From Candidatus Latescibacterota bacterium (GTDB lineage Bacteria > Latescibacterota > UBA2968 > UBA8231), in NCBI GenBank assembly GCA_965261395.1, contig OZ253462.1, positions 5,760,001 to 5,824,000 of the forward strand: a stretch of 64,000 nt of DNA. Direction: 5' to 3'. The first letter of the stretch is position 1, and the number at the start of each line of letters is the position of its first letter. The position numbers and the translations under genes are program-made. Positions 19,622 through 30,230 of this stretch are shown here, piece after piece. A model generated the notes under the pieces. That model saw only the letters and a list, made by a program, of their open reading frames with translations. It did no database searches and had not been told where the DNA came from.

Positions 19622-19706
19622 CTAATCTGCCAAACGCTCCGCTTGCCATGCAAGTTTTTTCCAATTCCCCTGGCCCTTTGTTGGTTGCCGACGACCGACC
19701 ACGCCT

Positions 19707-20156
19707 CTACTCCTCGGGCCGTCTGATGCGCGCTACGAGCCTCATCAGGGCGAGCCGCCCAAAGTCACGCGGGTCGTCGGTGCGAATTAGAAAATCTCCC
19801 TCCACGCGTTGCTCTTCTCCGGCACTGAGGACTACCGGCTGCCCAAGCGGTATGTACGCGTCGATTAGAAATTCCTCTTGGTCAAAAAACCGCAAGTCGT
19901 AGCGCACCCACACGGTGTCTGCGCCGACATTGCGAAACACGGCCACAAAGACTCCCTCGACTTCTGCTGTTCCCCCGAATCCCGGCTGCGGCAAAAACGG
20001 CCACCAAGTCAAGCTGTCGATCGACACGCTGCCCTCCAGCCCCTCGTCCTCGACAAACTCCACCTCGCTGCGCAGCGCGTCCACCACGCCGCTCGGCACG
20101 TCCTCTGAAGCAAAACACCCGCCCAGCAACAGCACCAGTGCGATCCCCATGCTCAT
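19707..20156 (-). CDS. Hypothetical lipoprotein
   Basis: Lipobox LGGC after a hydrophobic stretch. Confidence 0.6.
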   Translation of the reverse strand: MSMGIALVLLLGGCFASEDVPSGVVDALRSEVEFVEDEGLEGSVSIDSLTWWPFLPQPGFGGTAEVEGVFVAVFRNVGADTVWVRYDLRFFDQEEFLIDAYIPLGQPVVLSAGEEQRVEGDFLIRTDDPRDFGRLALMRLVARIRRPEE

Positions 20157-20214
20157 GGCTTGGTCCCAACTCTCGGTTTGCGTCTGTATTTCTTCGTGGT
20201 GTTCTTTAAATGCT

Positions 20215-22311
20215 ATGAAAAAAAACCAGTTAATCCAGTGCCTAGCGCTAATTCTGATCGCCGCAGTTGCCCGCGCCGACGATCCTGAGCCCCGCTACCA
20301 AATGCCCCCGACCGAAGTCACGGCGACGCGTGCGCCCCGCGAGGGATTTGATCTGCCGCTTGCCACGACCGTGGTCGCGGATGTCGGGCGCGCGCGGCCC
20401 GGGCTCTCGCTGGCCGAGTTGCTGCGTCCGGTGCCCGGGCTGTTCATCGCCAACCGTAACAACCTCTCCCAAGGCGACCGGCTTAGCGTGCGCGGCTTAG
20501 GCGCGCGCGCGGCCTTTGGCGTCCGCGGGATCAAGGTCTTGCTCGACGGCATCCCCCTGACCATGCCCGACGGCCAGAGCCAGCTCAACAACCTCGACTT
20601 GGGGTCAACGGGCCGCATCGAGATCTTGCGCGGCCCCAGTTCTTCGCTGTACGGCAATGCGGGCGGCGGCGTGCTGGCGGCCCATACCCAAGCTCCGGCA
20701 GAGGCTGCTTGGCGCGTGGAGCCGCGCTTGATCGCTGGCAGCAATGGTCTGCTCCGCGCGCAGACGAGCTTTTCGGGTCGCGTCGCTAAAACCCACGTGT
20801 TCGCCAGCTTGTACGACCTGCGCAGCGAGGGCTACCGCGACTACGCCGACGCCCGCGCCCGCGGCCTCAACGCGCGCGTCGGCCACGCCCTCACTACCCA
20901 TACTGAGTTGACGCTCCTGCTGCATTTATACGATGCCCCTTATTTGTTCAATCCGAGTTCGCTTGCTGCGGAACCCGCGCGGACCAGCCCGCGTAGCGTC
21001 CGCGGATTCGTGGTGGGGCAGGGGGCATCCAAGCAGGTTCACCAGGGCCAAGGCGGCATCCGCCTCGAATATCGCCCGCCGCATGCGCCGCACCACCGCG
21101 CGTCGAGTCTCGTGCTGTACGGCGTTGGCCGCGCGCTCAAAAACCCCATCCCAGGCCGCATCGTCGAGCTCGACCGCCGCGCCGGCGGCCTGCGCACTGA
21201 GCATCAATTTGCTTGGGCCAGTACGCGCCTTGTGACCGGCCTCGACTTGGACTTCCAGCGCGACGACCGCCGCGAGTTCATCAACGAGGGCTTGCCCGAG
21301 GACGTGCGCGTGGACGACGAGCGCGTATTCGAACTCGTGCAATACGGTGAGGAGCAAATAAATCAAGAGGAACAAGTGCAGAGCTTCGGCCCCTTTGTCT
21401 CCTTGGAACAAGACTTGGGTACTGCGCTGACTGCGACTGTGGGCGGCCGCTATGACCGCTATCGATTTGCCGTGGATGACCACGCGCGCGACATGGGCCA
21501 GTTCAGTCCGATGGCGGGCGTGGTGTACCGCCTCGACCCCTTCTCCCGCTGGTACGCCCATGTGGCCACGGCCTTCCAGACGCCCACCACCTCTGAGTTG
21601 GGCAACCGGCCCAGCGGCGAGGGCGGCTTTAATCCGGATTTAGGCCCTGAGCGCGTCCTTGGGTTGGAGACGGGCTTGCGCCGCCACGTGCGCCGGGCGC
21701 GCGTGGATCTGGAGGTGGCTCTGTACCAGCTACAGATCGCCGATGCGCTGATTCCCTTTCAGATCGAGAGTGAAGACAGCGAGGAGATTTACTTCCGCAA
21801 CGCCGGCCAAGCGCGCAATCGAGGGTTGGAGCTCTCGCTCTCGGCAGTGCCGCATCCCGGACTACGGACTACTCTCGCGTACACTTTTGGCGATTATGTT
21901 TTTGAGGACTACGAGGTTGAGACCGCCGGTGAACTTGTTCAGCTTGCTGGCAACGAGGTTCCCGGCGTGCCGCGCCACCGGCTCTTCGCCGCGCTGAGCT
22001 ACGACAGTCCGCAGGGCCTGTTTAGCGAGGTCGAATTAGAGCGGGTCGGCCGCTACTGGGCCAACGATTTCAACGGCCCTCCGTCCGGAAGCGACGCCTC
22101 GCCCGACGAGTTTTTCAACCGCGAGTACCTGCGGGTCGATCTGCGCTTGGGGATTGACTATCGCGCTGCGAGGGCCTTTGTCGCGGTCGATAACTTGTTT
22201 GGTGCCCAGTACAACGGCTCGGTGGTGCCCAACGCCTTTGGAGGGCGCTTCTTTGAACCCGCTCCGGGCCGCACTTGGCGCTTGGGGATTGGGGGCTGGA
22301 TTGGGGGTTGA
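20215..22311 (+). CDS. TonB-dependent receptor
   Basis: VTATR, plug motifs SVRGLG..GIKVLLDGIP and IEILRGPSSSLYGNAGGGV, C-terminal PAPGRTWRLG. Confidence 0.93.
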   Translation: MKKNQLIQCLALILIAAVARADDPEPRYQMPPTEVTATRAPREGFDLPLATTVVADVGRARPGLSLAELLRPVPGLFIANRNNLSQGDRLSVRGLGARAAFGVRGIKVLLDGIPLTMPDGQSQLNNLDLGSTGRIEILRGPSSSLYGNAGGGVLAAHTQAPAEAAWRVEPRLIAGSNGLLRAQTSFSGRVAKTHVFASLYDLRSEGYRDYADARARGLNARVGHALTTHTELTLLLHLYDAPYLFNPSSLAAEPARTSPRSVRGFVVGQGASKQVHQGQGGIRLEYRPPHAPHHRASSLVLYGVGRALKNPIPGRIVELDRRAGGLRTEHQFAWASTRLVTGLDLDFQRDDRREFINEGLPEDVRVDDERVFELVQYGEEQINQEEQVQSFGPFVSLEQDLGTALTATVGGRYDRYRFAVDDHARDMGQFSPMAGVVYRLDPFSRWYAHVATAFQTPTTSELGNRPSGEGGFNPDLGPERVLGLETGLRRHVRRARVDLEVALYQLQIADALIPFQIESEDSEEIYFRNAGQARNRGLELSLSAVPHPGLRTTLAYTFGDYVFEDYEVETAGELVQLAGNEVPGVPRHRLFAALSYDSPQGLFSEVELERVGRYWANDFNGPPSGSDASPDEFFNREYLRVDLRLGIDYRAARAFVAVDNLFGAQYNGSVVPNAFGGRFFEPAPGRTWRLGIGGWIGG

Positions 22312-22425
22312 GTCGCGGTCTGCGGATTGACTCAGACAAGGTAAATAGCTTGATTTTAGAATACTCCGGGAACAAAATTTGGCCGTATGTGTCAGTTCAA
22401 TCCGTTGACCTAAGTAGGTGGCATC

Positions 22426-23583
22426 GTGATCGAGGTGTACCTCGACTACAACGGCTCCTCCCCGCTCGATCCCCGCGTGAGCAAGGCCATGTGGCCTGCT
22501 CTCGCCGAGTGGTACGGCAATGCCTCCTCTACGCATCGGTTCGGTCGGCGGCAAGCTGCTGCGGTTGAAGATGCTCGCGCGCACGTCGCGTCACTAGTCG
22601 GGGGTAGGCCATCGCATGTCGTTTTCACGGCCGGGGCTACCGAAGCCAACAACCTCGCCCTCAGCGGAATTGTTGCTAGCCGGCCAGCGGATCGGGGACG
22701 AATTCTTGTGTCCTCGGTGGAACACGCCTCGGTACGGGAGACGGCTCGGTGGTTGAGTGATCAATTGCTCGCCGAGGTAGATGCGATCCCCGTGACCTGC
22801 GGTGGGGCCATTGACCTCGACGCGCTTGAGGCTCTGCTCGGCGACGATGTCCTGCTCGTGTCGGTTATGGCCGCTAATAGCGAAACCGGCGTGCTGAATC
22901 CGGTGGCGGAGATCGCCGAGCGCGTTCATGCCGCCGGTGCCTTGTTCCACTGTGACGCGACCCAATACGCGGGCCGACTCCCCTTCGATCTCTCCGACAT
23001 AGGTGCTGATTTGGTGTCACTTAGCAGCCACAAAATCTGTGGTCCCGGCGGTGTCGGTGCCCTCGTCACCGTGAAATCCAGCGGGCGGCTGCGCCCCATC
23101 ATCCACGGCGGCGGCCACGAAAGAGGCCTGCGTTCCGGGTCGTTGAACGTAGCCGGTATCGTTGGATTCGGAGCCGCCGCTGAGATTGCCGTCGAGGAAC
23201 GGATGCAGGAGACGGATCGGATACGCCCCCTCCGCGACCGCCTTGTCGCTGAGTTGAAGGGCCGCCTGACCGGGGTCGATGAGAATGGGGACATTGACTG
23301 CCGCCTCCCCAACACGGCAAATATCCGCTTCGCTGGTGCCGATGCCGAGGCAGTAGTCGCCAGCATGGACCCGGTGGCAGTCTCGACCGGCAGCGCGTGT
23401 AGTGCCGGTGCGATTGAACCCTCAGCGGTACTGCTGGCGATGGGGCTGTCGCGGGAAGCAGCCTTTGAATCTGTGCGGTTTAGCTTGGGTCGGTTTACCA
23501 CGGCGGAGGAAATCGAGATCGCAGCTCAGAAAACTGTCGCTGCGGTCGAGTACGTGCGGGCTATGAACGGAGGAGAGGTGTAA
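22426..23583 (+). CDS. sspA: Cysteine desulfurase (SspA/DndA-like)
   Basis: YLDYNGSSP, TAGATEANN, HCDATQ, SSHKICGP, STGSACS; stop overlaps the start of the DUF4007 gene. Confidence 0.85.
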   Translation: MIEVYLDYNGSSPLDPRVSKAMWPALAEWYGNASSTHRFGRRQAAAVEDARAHVASLVGGRPSHVVFTAGATEANNLALSGIVASRPADRGRILVSSVEHASVRETARWLSDQLLAEVDAIPVTCGGAIDLDALEALLGDDVLLVSVMAANSETGVLNPVAEIAERVHAAGALFHCDATQYAGRLPFDLSDIGADLVSLSSHKICGPGGVGALVTVKSSGRLRPIIHGGGHERGLRSGSLNVAGIVGFGAAAEIAVEERMQETDRIRPLRDRLVAELKGRLTGVDENGDIDCRLPNTANIRFAGADAEAVVASMDPVAVSTGSACSAGAIEPSAVLLAMGLSREAAFESVRFSLGRFTTAEEIEIAAQKTVAAVEYVRAMNGGEV

Positions 23584-24584
23584 TGCGATTGGTCGAGGCG
23601 GCCAAGCCGACTTTCGCTCGGCACGAGACGTTCCATCCCCGCTATGGCTGGTTTCGCAAGGCGTACGCCGTGACGAAGCGCGACTCTCAGATATTTACCC
23701 GTGTAGATGCCCCGGTCTTGATTGGGGTCGGTAAGAACATGGTCCGGTCCATTCGGTTTTGGGGCCTCGCCGCCAAGCTGATCGCCGAGGATCAGCAAGG
23801 ACCGGGGTTGACTCCGACGGAGTTTGGCCACGCGCTGTTTGGTGAGTCGGGCTGGGATCCATATATGGAGGATCCGGGTACGCTCTGGTTGCTGCATTGG
23901 CAGTTATTGGCACCGCCGTCACTTCTACCTGTGTGGTGGATCATATTCAATGAGTTCCACCCGGTCGAGTTCACTGACGAAGTGCTTGACCACGCCGTCG
24001 CTGTGGGGCTGGAATCGGTAGGGGAGTGGGCGAAGCAGCCTCATCCTTCATCCGTAAAGAAGGACGTCAGTGCTCTGTTGCGGACCTATGCACCAGCCGA
24101 GCGCTCAAAACGCTCGGGAAACAGCATTGACGACCTCCTCGATTGCCCCCTGCGCGAACTGGGCTTGATCAGACGATCCCAAGCCACCGGCAGTTACCGA
24201 TTCGTCCTCGGAGCGAAACCAACGCTGCCGCCGGAGATTGTGACCTATGCCGTGCTCGATTACCTCGCTCGCACTGACACCGGAGGGAACACGGCCACCC
24301 TCAGCCGCCTAGCGCACGAGCCTGGGGCACCGGGCCATGCTTTCAAGCTGGCGGAAGCGGATCTGTTCGCCGCGCTTCAACAGACGGCGACGACCACGAA
24401 TGCGCTGGAACTTGCCTCGCCGACCGGCGCGCCTCAACTATCTTGGTCCAGCGACCCAGCGGCTGTGGCTAATGAGGTGCTTTCGTCCTACTACGACATT
24501 ACCCCAGATACCGAAGACAGCGAAGGCAAGCAACTTGAGTTGTTTGACCTAGAGGAGAATGCCGCCACCGTGGGGCCAAGCTGA
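23583..24584 (+). CDS. sspB: DUF4007 family protein (SspB-like nickase)
   Basis: FARHETFHPRYGWFRK, GVGKNMVRSIRFW, WDPYMED..TLWLLHW, LDCPLRELGLI. Confidence 0.85.
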   Translation: MRLVEAAKPTFARHETFHPRYGWFRKAYAVTKRDSQIFTRVDAPVLIGVGKNMVRSIRFWGLAAKLIAEDQQGPGLTPTEFGHALFGESGWDPYMEDPGTLWLLHWQLLAPPSLLPVWWIIFNEFHPVEFTDEVLDHAVAVGLESVGEWAKQPHPSSVKKDVSALLRTYAPAERSKRSGNSIDDLLDCPLRELGLIRRSQATGSYRFVLGAKPTLPPEIVTYAVLDYLARTDTGGNTATLSRLAHEPGAPGHAFKLAEADLFAALQQTATTTNALELASPTGAPQLSWSSDPAAVANEVLSSYYDITPDTEDSEGKQLELFDLEENAATVGPS

Positions 24585-27500
24585 TGGTAGCACTAGCAGA
24601 CTATATTGCCGTTGTCGGGCGATTTGCTCGCTCGGCCAGCCTAGAGCGCGACATCGCCCGGCGCGAGCCACTCGATGGGTATGTGGTCACCGCCCGAGCG
24701 CTCGATGTGGTGGAGCGCATCGCCGCCACGGCTGCAAACGGCGCTGCGGGTGGAGCGTGGTCGTTGACCGGCCCTTACGGTTCGGGCAAATCATCGCTCG
24801 CTCTGCTTCTCGACGCCGCATTCGGCGAGCGCGATGCCACGCGAGCCGCTGCGACCGAACTCATTGAAGCGACCTCGCCGGCCGTAGCCGACCTCCTCGT
24901 TCGCGCACATCAAGCTCGTGGAACCGATGAGCGGGGGTTCCACCGCGCCGTAGTCACCGCGAGCCGCGAGCCGCTGCACTACACTCTCCTGCGAGCGCTT
25001 CAGTCCGCCGTCATCCGGGCCTATGGAACCATCCCCTCGACGCGCACATTCCGAGCGGCTAAAACGCTCAAGACTGCACTCTCCGACGCCGAATCCGATG
25101 ATCCGCGTCGAATCGGCCCCTCACCGGCGGACTTGCTCGAAGTGGCCCGCTGCTTGGCCGAAGACGCCCCGTTGCTCCTCATCATCGACGAATTCGGCAA
25201 AAACCTCGAAGCGATCAGCGATGGCTCGGATGCCGACCCCTATCTCCTGCAACAACTCGCCGAAGCCGGACAGGGAGCCGGTCTCCCGATCTTCGCGCTA
25301 ACGCTACAACACCTGTCCTTCGAGGATTACCTCGTCGGTATTGATGGCCCGCGACGGCGGGAATGGGCAAAAGTCCAGGGCCGGTTTGAAGATGTCGCGT
25401 ACATCGAGTCTGCCGCTCAGACCCGCGCCCTGATCGGAACGGTTTTCGAGATTGACGACGATCTGCAACCCCGCATCAGACGATGGGCCGAGACCCATGC
25501 TAAAGAGATGCGTGCCCTCGGAGTAGCCGACCTCGCCACCGCCGCTACGGTTGAGGCGTGCTATCCGCTGCACCCACTTGCCGCCCTAGTGCTCCCGGAA
25601 CTTTGCAGCCGCTACGGACAGCACGAGCGCACTCTCTTCTCGTTCCTGACCGGCGCTGACTCGGCCACTGCCGCTTCGTTCTTGTCCGCTACCTCCTTGC
25701 CGGATCGGGGCGTGTTGCCATCGCTCGGCTTAGATGCTGTCTATAACTACTTCGTCGCGGGTGGAGCGGGCGTGGTTGGCTACTCGCAGCGGTGGTCGGA
25801 GATCGCCACCCGGCTGCGCGACGCCCATGGCCTGACGGAGAGCCAAACGAAGCTGGCCAAGTCGATCGCCATCCTCAACCTCGTATCCGCTGGCGGAGCC
25901 GCCCGCGCCTCCGCCCAAGTACTCGACATCGCTCTCAACGGCGCAGCAAAAGCCCTAACAAGCCTGCAAGACGCCGGTATCGTCACCTATCGCGATTTTG
26001 CCGACGAGTTCCGAATTTGGCATGGCACGGACGTTGACATTCGCGGGCTTATCAAGGCCGCTCACGCCAAAGTGCAGCGTCAACCGCTAGTGGAAATCCT
26101 CGCTGCAATCCATGAACCCGAACCCGTAGTCGCGGCCCGGCACAGTGCCGAACACGACATCCTGCGCGTGTTTGCCCGCCGCTACGTTGACGGCACCGAG
26201 CCGGTCGCTCCGCTAGACCCGTTCTCGCCCTACGATGGGGAGGTTCTGCTGACGGTCGCGCCGGACGCCATGCCAGCGCTCGCCCAAACTGGCGAAAATG
26301 CAAAACCTGTCGTCACGGCCATCCCGGACGATCTTTCCCTCCTCGACGATGCGGCCCGCGAGGTTGCAGCCGTTGCCGATGTCCTCGACCACGATGGCGT
26401 AAAAGACGACTGGGTTGCGCGGCGCGAAATCGGCGAACGACTCGCCCAAGCTGAGGCCGCGTTGGGCCATGCTATAGAAGCCACGTTCAACGCCAAGGTT
26501 TGCCGCTGGGTCCTGCTTGGTCCGGAAGGGCCAATTAAGCTTCCAGCCGGACGGGGCAGTGCCGCGCTCTCTGCGGCAGCCGACCAAGCTTACTCAGCGA
26601 CGCCGACTGTGGGCAACGAGATGCTCAATCGCACGGTCGTCACCTCGCAGGGGGCCAAGGCTCGGCGCATGTTGCTCGAAGCGATGATCGAATTCGGTGA
26701 TCAGATCGACCTTGGCCTCGAAGGACATGGCCCCGAAGTCGCTATGCACCGTGCGTTTCTCAAAGAGACCGGGATGCACGGTCGTGATCAGCGCAATGAG
26801 GTCATGGTCTTCCGCTCGCCGACTGATAAGAAACTGCGGCCGGCATGGGACCTTCTCGAATCCGAGTTCAACCGCGCCCGCACCCGTCGAATCAATCTTG
26901 CAGACATTTACGCAGCCCTGCTGTCGCCGCCGATTGGGATGAAGGCCGGGGTGATTCCCGTCTTCGTCACGGTTGGGCTGCTAGCGTCCAGCAACGAAGT
27001 CGCAATCTACGAGCACGGCACGTTTAGGCCGCTTCTCACCGATGATCTCTCCGAGCGGATGGTTCGCAACCCCAAGCATTTCGACATCAAGCACTTTGCC
27101 AACACGTCCGGTGCGCGACGCCAAGTCATTGACGCGCTCGCCTCCCGGCTTGAGGTCCGCCCGCGCTTCCGCAAGCACCGCGTCTCCAATGTCCTCGCTG
27201 TCGTCGGCGAACTCGTGTCGCAGGTAAGACAGCTCGACAACTATACGCGGCGCACGCGCAACCTTTCGGACGCCGCTGTCGCCTTCCGCGAGGTCCTCTC
27301 CACCGCTGTGGAACCCGACGAATTGCTCTTTGCCGCGATCCCCGAGGCCCTCGGCTACCATCCCGTCCCGGCCGAGACCAAGACCTACAGCAAGGCGAAC
27401 GAGTATGCGGACGCAGTAGCTGGTGCGCTAGAAGAATTGACCGGCTCCTACCAGCGCCTTGTAGATGAGATGCTCGAAGAATTGTTTTCTGTCAGTGGAG

Positions 27501-28015
27501 AAACCTCCCGCTTCACTATTGCGGAACAAGCCGCTGCACTTGATGGCGAGGTACTCGATCCTACGGTGCGCGCATTCGTTCTCGCGCTCGCCAACGATGG
27601 CATTGATTCCGATATTGATTGGATTCAGACCATTGCGACCGTCGTCGCCAAGAAAGCCCCAGCCGAGTGGACGGATGCCGACCGCGATCGCTTCTGCCAA
27701 GAGTTGTCTTATCAAGTCGCGTCTTTCCAGCGGCTAGTCGCTCTCCACGCCGACCGCCGCGCTGCTGGAGTTGCCGACGCTATGCGGTTGACCGTCACTC
27801 GCGCTGACGGCACTGAGTACGTCCGCCTCGTCGGGGTTGACCAAAATCAGCGAGACGCCTGCGAGGGGGCTCTCGACGCTACGCTTGCGCGCCTTACTGA
27901 CCTTACCGGCTCCCCAGCCCGTGCCCAGCAAACACTCCTTGCGTTGCTCGGCGAACGGCTCCTACCCGCGCCCGAACAGGACGCACCTACTGAAAAGAGG
28001 AGACAACATGGCTGA
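24584..28015 (+). CDS. sspC: Large P-loop ATPase (SspC-like)
   Basis: Walker A GPYGSGKS, Walker B IIDEFGK, EWAKVQGRF, YPLHP, QHERTLFSFL; lies between DUF4007 and PAPS reductase genes. Confidence 0.82.
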   Translation: MVALADYIAVVGRFARSASLERDIARREPLDGYVVTARALDVVERIAATAANGAAGGAWSLTGPYGSGKSSLALLLDAAFGERDATRAAATELIEATSPAVADLLVRAHQARGTDERGFHRAVVTASREPLHYTLLRALQSAVIRAYGTIPSTRTFRAAKTLKTALSDAESDDPRRIGPSPADLLEVARCLAEDAPLLLIIDEFGKNLEAISDGSDADPYLLQQLAEAGQGAGLPIFALTLQHLSFEDYLVGIDGPRRREWAKVQGRFEDVAYIESAAQTRALIGTVFEIDDDLQPRIRRWAETHAKEMRALGVADLATAATVEACYPLHPLAALVLPELCSRYGQHERTLFSFLTGADSATAASFLSATSLPDRGVLPSLGLDAVYNYFVAGGAGVVGYSQRWSEIATRLRDAHGLTESQTKLAKSIAILNLVSAGGAARASAQVLDIALNGAAKALTSLQDAGIVTYRDFADEFRIWHGTDVDIRGLIKAAHAKVQRQPLVEILAAIHEPEPVVAARHSAEHDILRVFARRYVDGTEPVAPLDPFSPYDGEVLLTVAPDAMPALAQTGENAKPVVTAIPDDLSLLDDAAREVAAVADVLDHDGVKDDWVARREIGERLAQAEAALGHAIEATFNAKVCRWVLLGPEGPIKLPAGRGSAALSAAADQAYSATPTVGNEMLNRTVVTSQGAKARRMLLEAMIEFGDQIDLGLEGHGPEVAMHRAFLKETGMHGRDQRNEVMVFRSPTDKKLRPAWDLLESEFNRARTRRINLADIYAALLSPPIGMKAGVIPVFVTVGLLASSNEVAIYEHGTFRPLLTDDLSERMVRNPKHFDIKHFANTSGARRQVIDALASRLEVRPRFRKHRVSNVLAVVGELVSQVRQLDNYTRRTRNLSDAAVAFREVLSTAVEPDELLFAAIPEALGYHPVPAETKTYSKANEYADAVAGALEELTGSYQRLVDEMLEELFSVSGETSRFTIAEQAAALDGEVLDPTVRAFVLALANDGIDSDIDWIQTIATVVAKKAPAEWTDADRDRFCQELSYQVASFQRLVALHADRRAAGVADAMRLTVTRADGTEYVRLVGVDQNQRDACEGALDATLARLTDLTGSPARAQQTLLALLGERLLPAPEQDAPTEKRRQHG

Positions 28016-28856
28016 CAACACGCGCCACATTTGTGGCATCTCAGGGGGCAAGGACTCCAGCGCTCTCGCTGTGTACATGCGCCGCGAGGTTCCGGACATG
28101 GAGTACTTTTTCTGCGACACCGGGGCTGAGCTGCCCGAGACCTACGAGTACTTGACCCGGCTTGAGGTCGTACTCGGCAAGCCGATAGCTAGGCTCAATG
28201 CCTCGCGTGGCTTTGACCACTGGTTTGAGGTGTTCCGAGGTGCGCTGCCGTCCCCGCAGATGCGGTGGTGTACCAGAAACATGAAGATCAAGCCGATTGA
28301 GGAGTGGGTCGGCGATGAGCCGGTCGTCTCGTACGTCGCCATTCGCGCCGACGAGGCCAACCGCAAAGGCTACATCTCCACCAAGCCCAACATCAAGACT
28401 CGCCTCCCGTTTGTCGAAGACGGCGTGACGCACGACGATGTCCTCCGCATCCTCGAAGATGCTGGCATTGGCCTTCCCGAATACTATGAGTGGCGGACTC
28501 GTTCTGGGTGCTACTTCTGCTTTTACCAGCGCAAAGCCGAGTGGGTCGGCCTTGCCGAGCGCCATCCCGAACTTTACGAGCGCGCTATCGCCATCGAACA
28601 GAAAGTGCTGCGCGACGCCGGTGTTGACGGCGACGCCGACTTCTCCGACCGAGCTATGCGCGGTCGCCAATACACATGGTCGGGTGGCGAAACGCTCGTT
28701 CAACTTCTCAAGCGCCGCGAGGAAATTCTCGCACGTCACAAAGATGCTATGGACCGCGCCGGCAAGAAGAAGACCAACGTCCCGTTGGTTGAAGCACTCG
28801 CTGAAGCACTGGACGATGAGGACGATACTGAGGCTTGTACGGTGTGTTCGCTGTGA
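28008..28856 (+). CDS. sspD: PAPS reductase family protein (SspD-like)
   Basis: PP-loop GISGGKDS, FCDTG, RWCT..MKI, RSGCYFCFYQ, terminal CxxC. Confidence 0.85.
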   Translation: MADNTRHICGISGGKDSSALAVYMRREVPDMEYFFCDTGAELPETYEYLTRLEVVLGKPIARLNASRGFDHWFEVFRGALPSPQMRWCTRNMKIKPIEEWVGDEPVVSYVAIRADEANRKGYISTKPNIKTRLPFVEDGVTHDDVLRILEDAGIGLPEYYEWRTRSGCYFCFYQRKAEWVGLAERHPELYERAIAIEQKVLRDAGVDGDADFSDRAMRGRQYTWSGGETLVQLLKRREEILARHKDAMDRAGKKKTNVPLVEALAEALDDEDDTEACTVCSL

Positions 28857-28895
28857 GGAATTGTTGACGCCGATCTGTAAGGGACTGGAGGAGAG

Positions 28896-29141
28896 ATGCC
28901 GTTAAACGAAAGAAAAATAATCGAGATTATCTCTGAAGAATGTGCCGGAATAGACGAACGGTACAACGGCTACAGGGAAGATATCGGCGATGTGATTACC
29001 GACATTCTTATGTATGAACAGGGCCATCGCGTCTCGAAAACGAATATCCAAAAGGATATAAATGAAAGATTCGATAAAGCCGCTCGGTCCCTTGTCAAAA
29101 AACGCGACTCCCATAAGAGTTCGGAAGAATTGGACTTATGA
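28896..29141 (+). CDS. Small helical protein associated with CxC ABC-ATPase DNA-modification systems
   Basis: 81 aa, RBS GGAGGAG, stop overlaps the ATPase start; family assignment comes from context and recall. Confidence 0.6.
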   Translation: MPLNERKIIEIISEECAGIDERYNGYREDIGDVITDILMYEQGHRVSKTNIQKDINERFDKAARSLVKKRDSHKSSEELDL

Positions 29142-30230
29142 AGCTGATTCGTGCGAAGTTTCAAAACTTTCGGTTGCTCCGGGATTTGGAGCTTGAGTTT
29201 GCTAGCGATCCTGACAAAAATCTGACGGTCATCCGAGCGGCAAACGAGTCGGGTAAAACGACGATTCTCCATGCCTTGCAATGGGCACTCTACGGAGACG
29301 ATGCATTGCCCAACAATGGCAACGGGTTCCGCCTATATCCCATTGACTGGGATACAAGATATGATACGCGCGTTTCAATCACTGCGACAGTCGAATTTAA
29401 GGTCTCAACCTATAGGCGGGTGGGTAGTGAAACACGTGAGACTGAACGGCATTACATACTTGAGCGATCCGCGTTCGAGGTTGTGGACAGTCAGTCGCCC
29501 CGTCCCAGCTCGACCGTGAAACTGTTCGAGGTGGACGATAAAGGGGCGCATTCCTTTGAAGAGCCTGAAACGATTATTAACGAGGAAATGCCGTTCGAGT
29601 TGCGCGATGTCTTTTTCACGGATGGCGATAGGGCGCTAAGATTTATTGAAGCCCATGGCAGCCCAGCAATCAAGCGTGAGCGCGTGGCAAACGCCATTCG
29701 CTCTCTTCTCGGTCTAGGTATCATTGAGAACGCGATCGGCCATGTCAGAAAGTCGGAAGCCTCGGCAACAAAGGAATCGAAAAAGGTCAGTGGCAGTGAT
29801 GAGTTGACAGCTATCGCTTCGCAGCTCGAAAAACTTGAAGAATACTCAAACAAACTGGAATGCAGACTCAAAGACGCGAAACAGCAGTTCAATGCGAATA
29901 GCGAGAAGGTGAGTGAAACCGAGAGCAAGATCATGGTAGCACTTCAGAAAGGCGATGAGGAAAAGCTAAAAAAAGATATTGAAAACACGCGGAGCGAAAT
30001 CAAAGAACTCGATAATAAGTTAGTTGATGCGAAAAAAGAGCATTCGGAATTGTTCCGCAGCCATTCTATTGCGAGAGACCTGCTCGACCCCCTTCTCAGC
30101 CGAGCTCATGAGAGACTCGAGGAGTATGACCAAGTTAAGATTACGGATGCGACGATTCCGGTCCTTCAGGAGCGACTCTCGGAAGAGATCTGCATTTGCG
30201 GCGAAGCACTGAAGTCCGATAATCCAGACG
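29138..30230 (+). pseudogene. DndD/SbcC-like CxC-hook ABC ATPase, C-terminal half lost at the IS insertion
   Basis: FQNFR, Walker A ANESGKTT, Q-loop FFTDGD, coiled coil, CICG hook; reads into the IS inverted repeat at 30231; no signature or Walker B motif. Confidence 0.8.

Noticed and set aside
22426-28856. BREX type 4 or canonical dndABCDE
   Set aside because: No PglZ/BrxL, DndC or DndE recognised; the order desulfurase-DUF4007-ATPase-PAPS reductase fits sspABCD.
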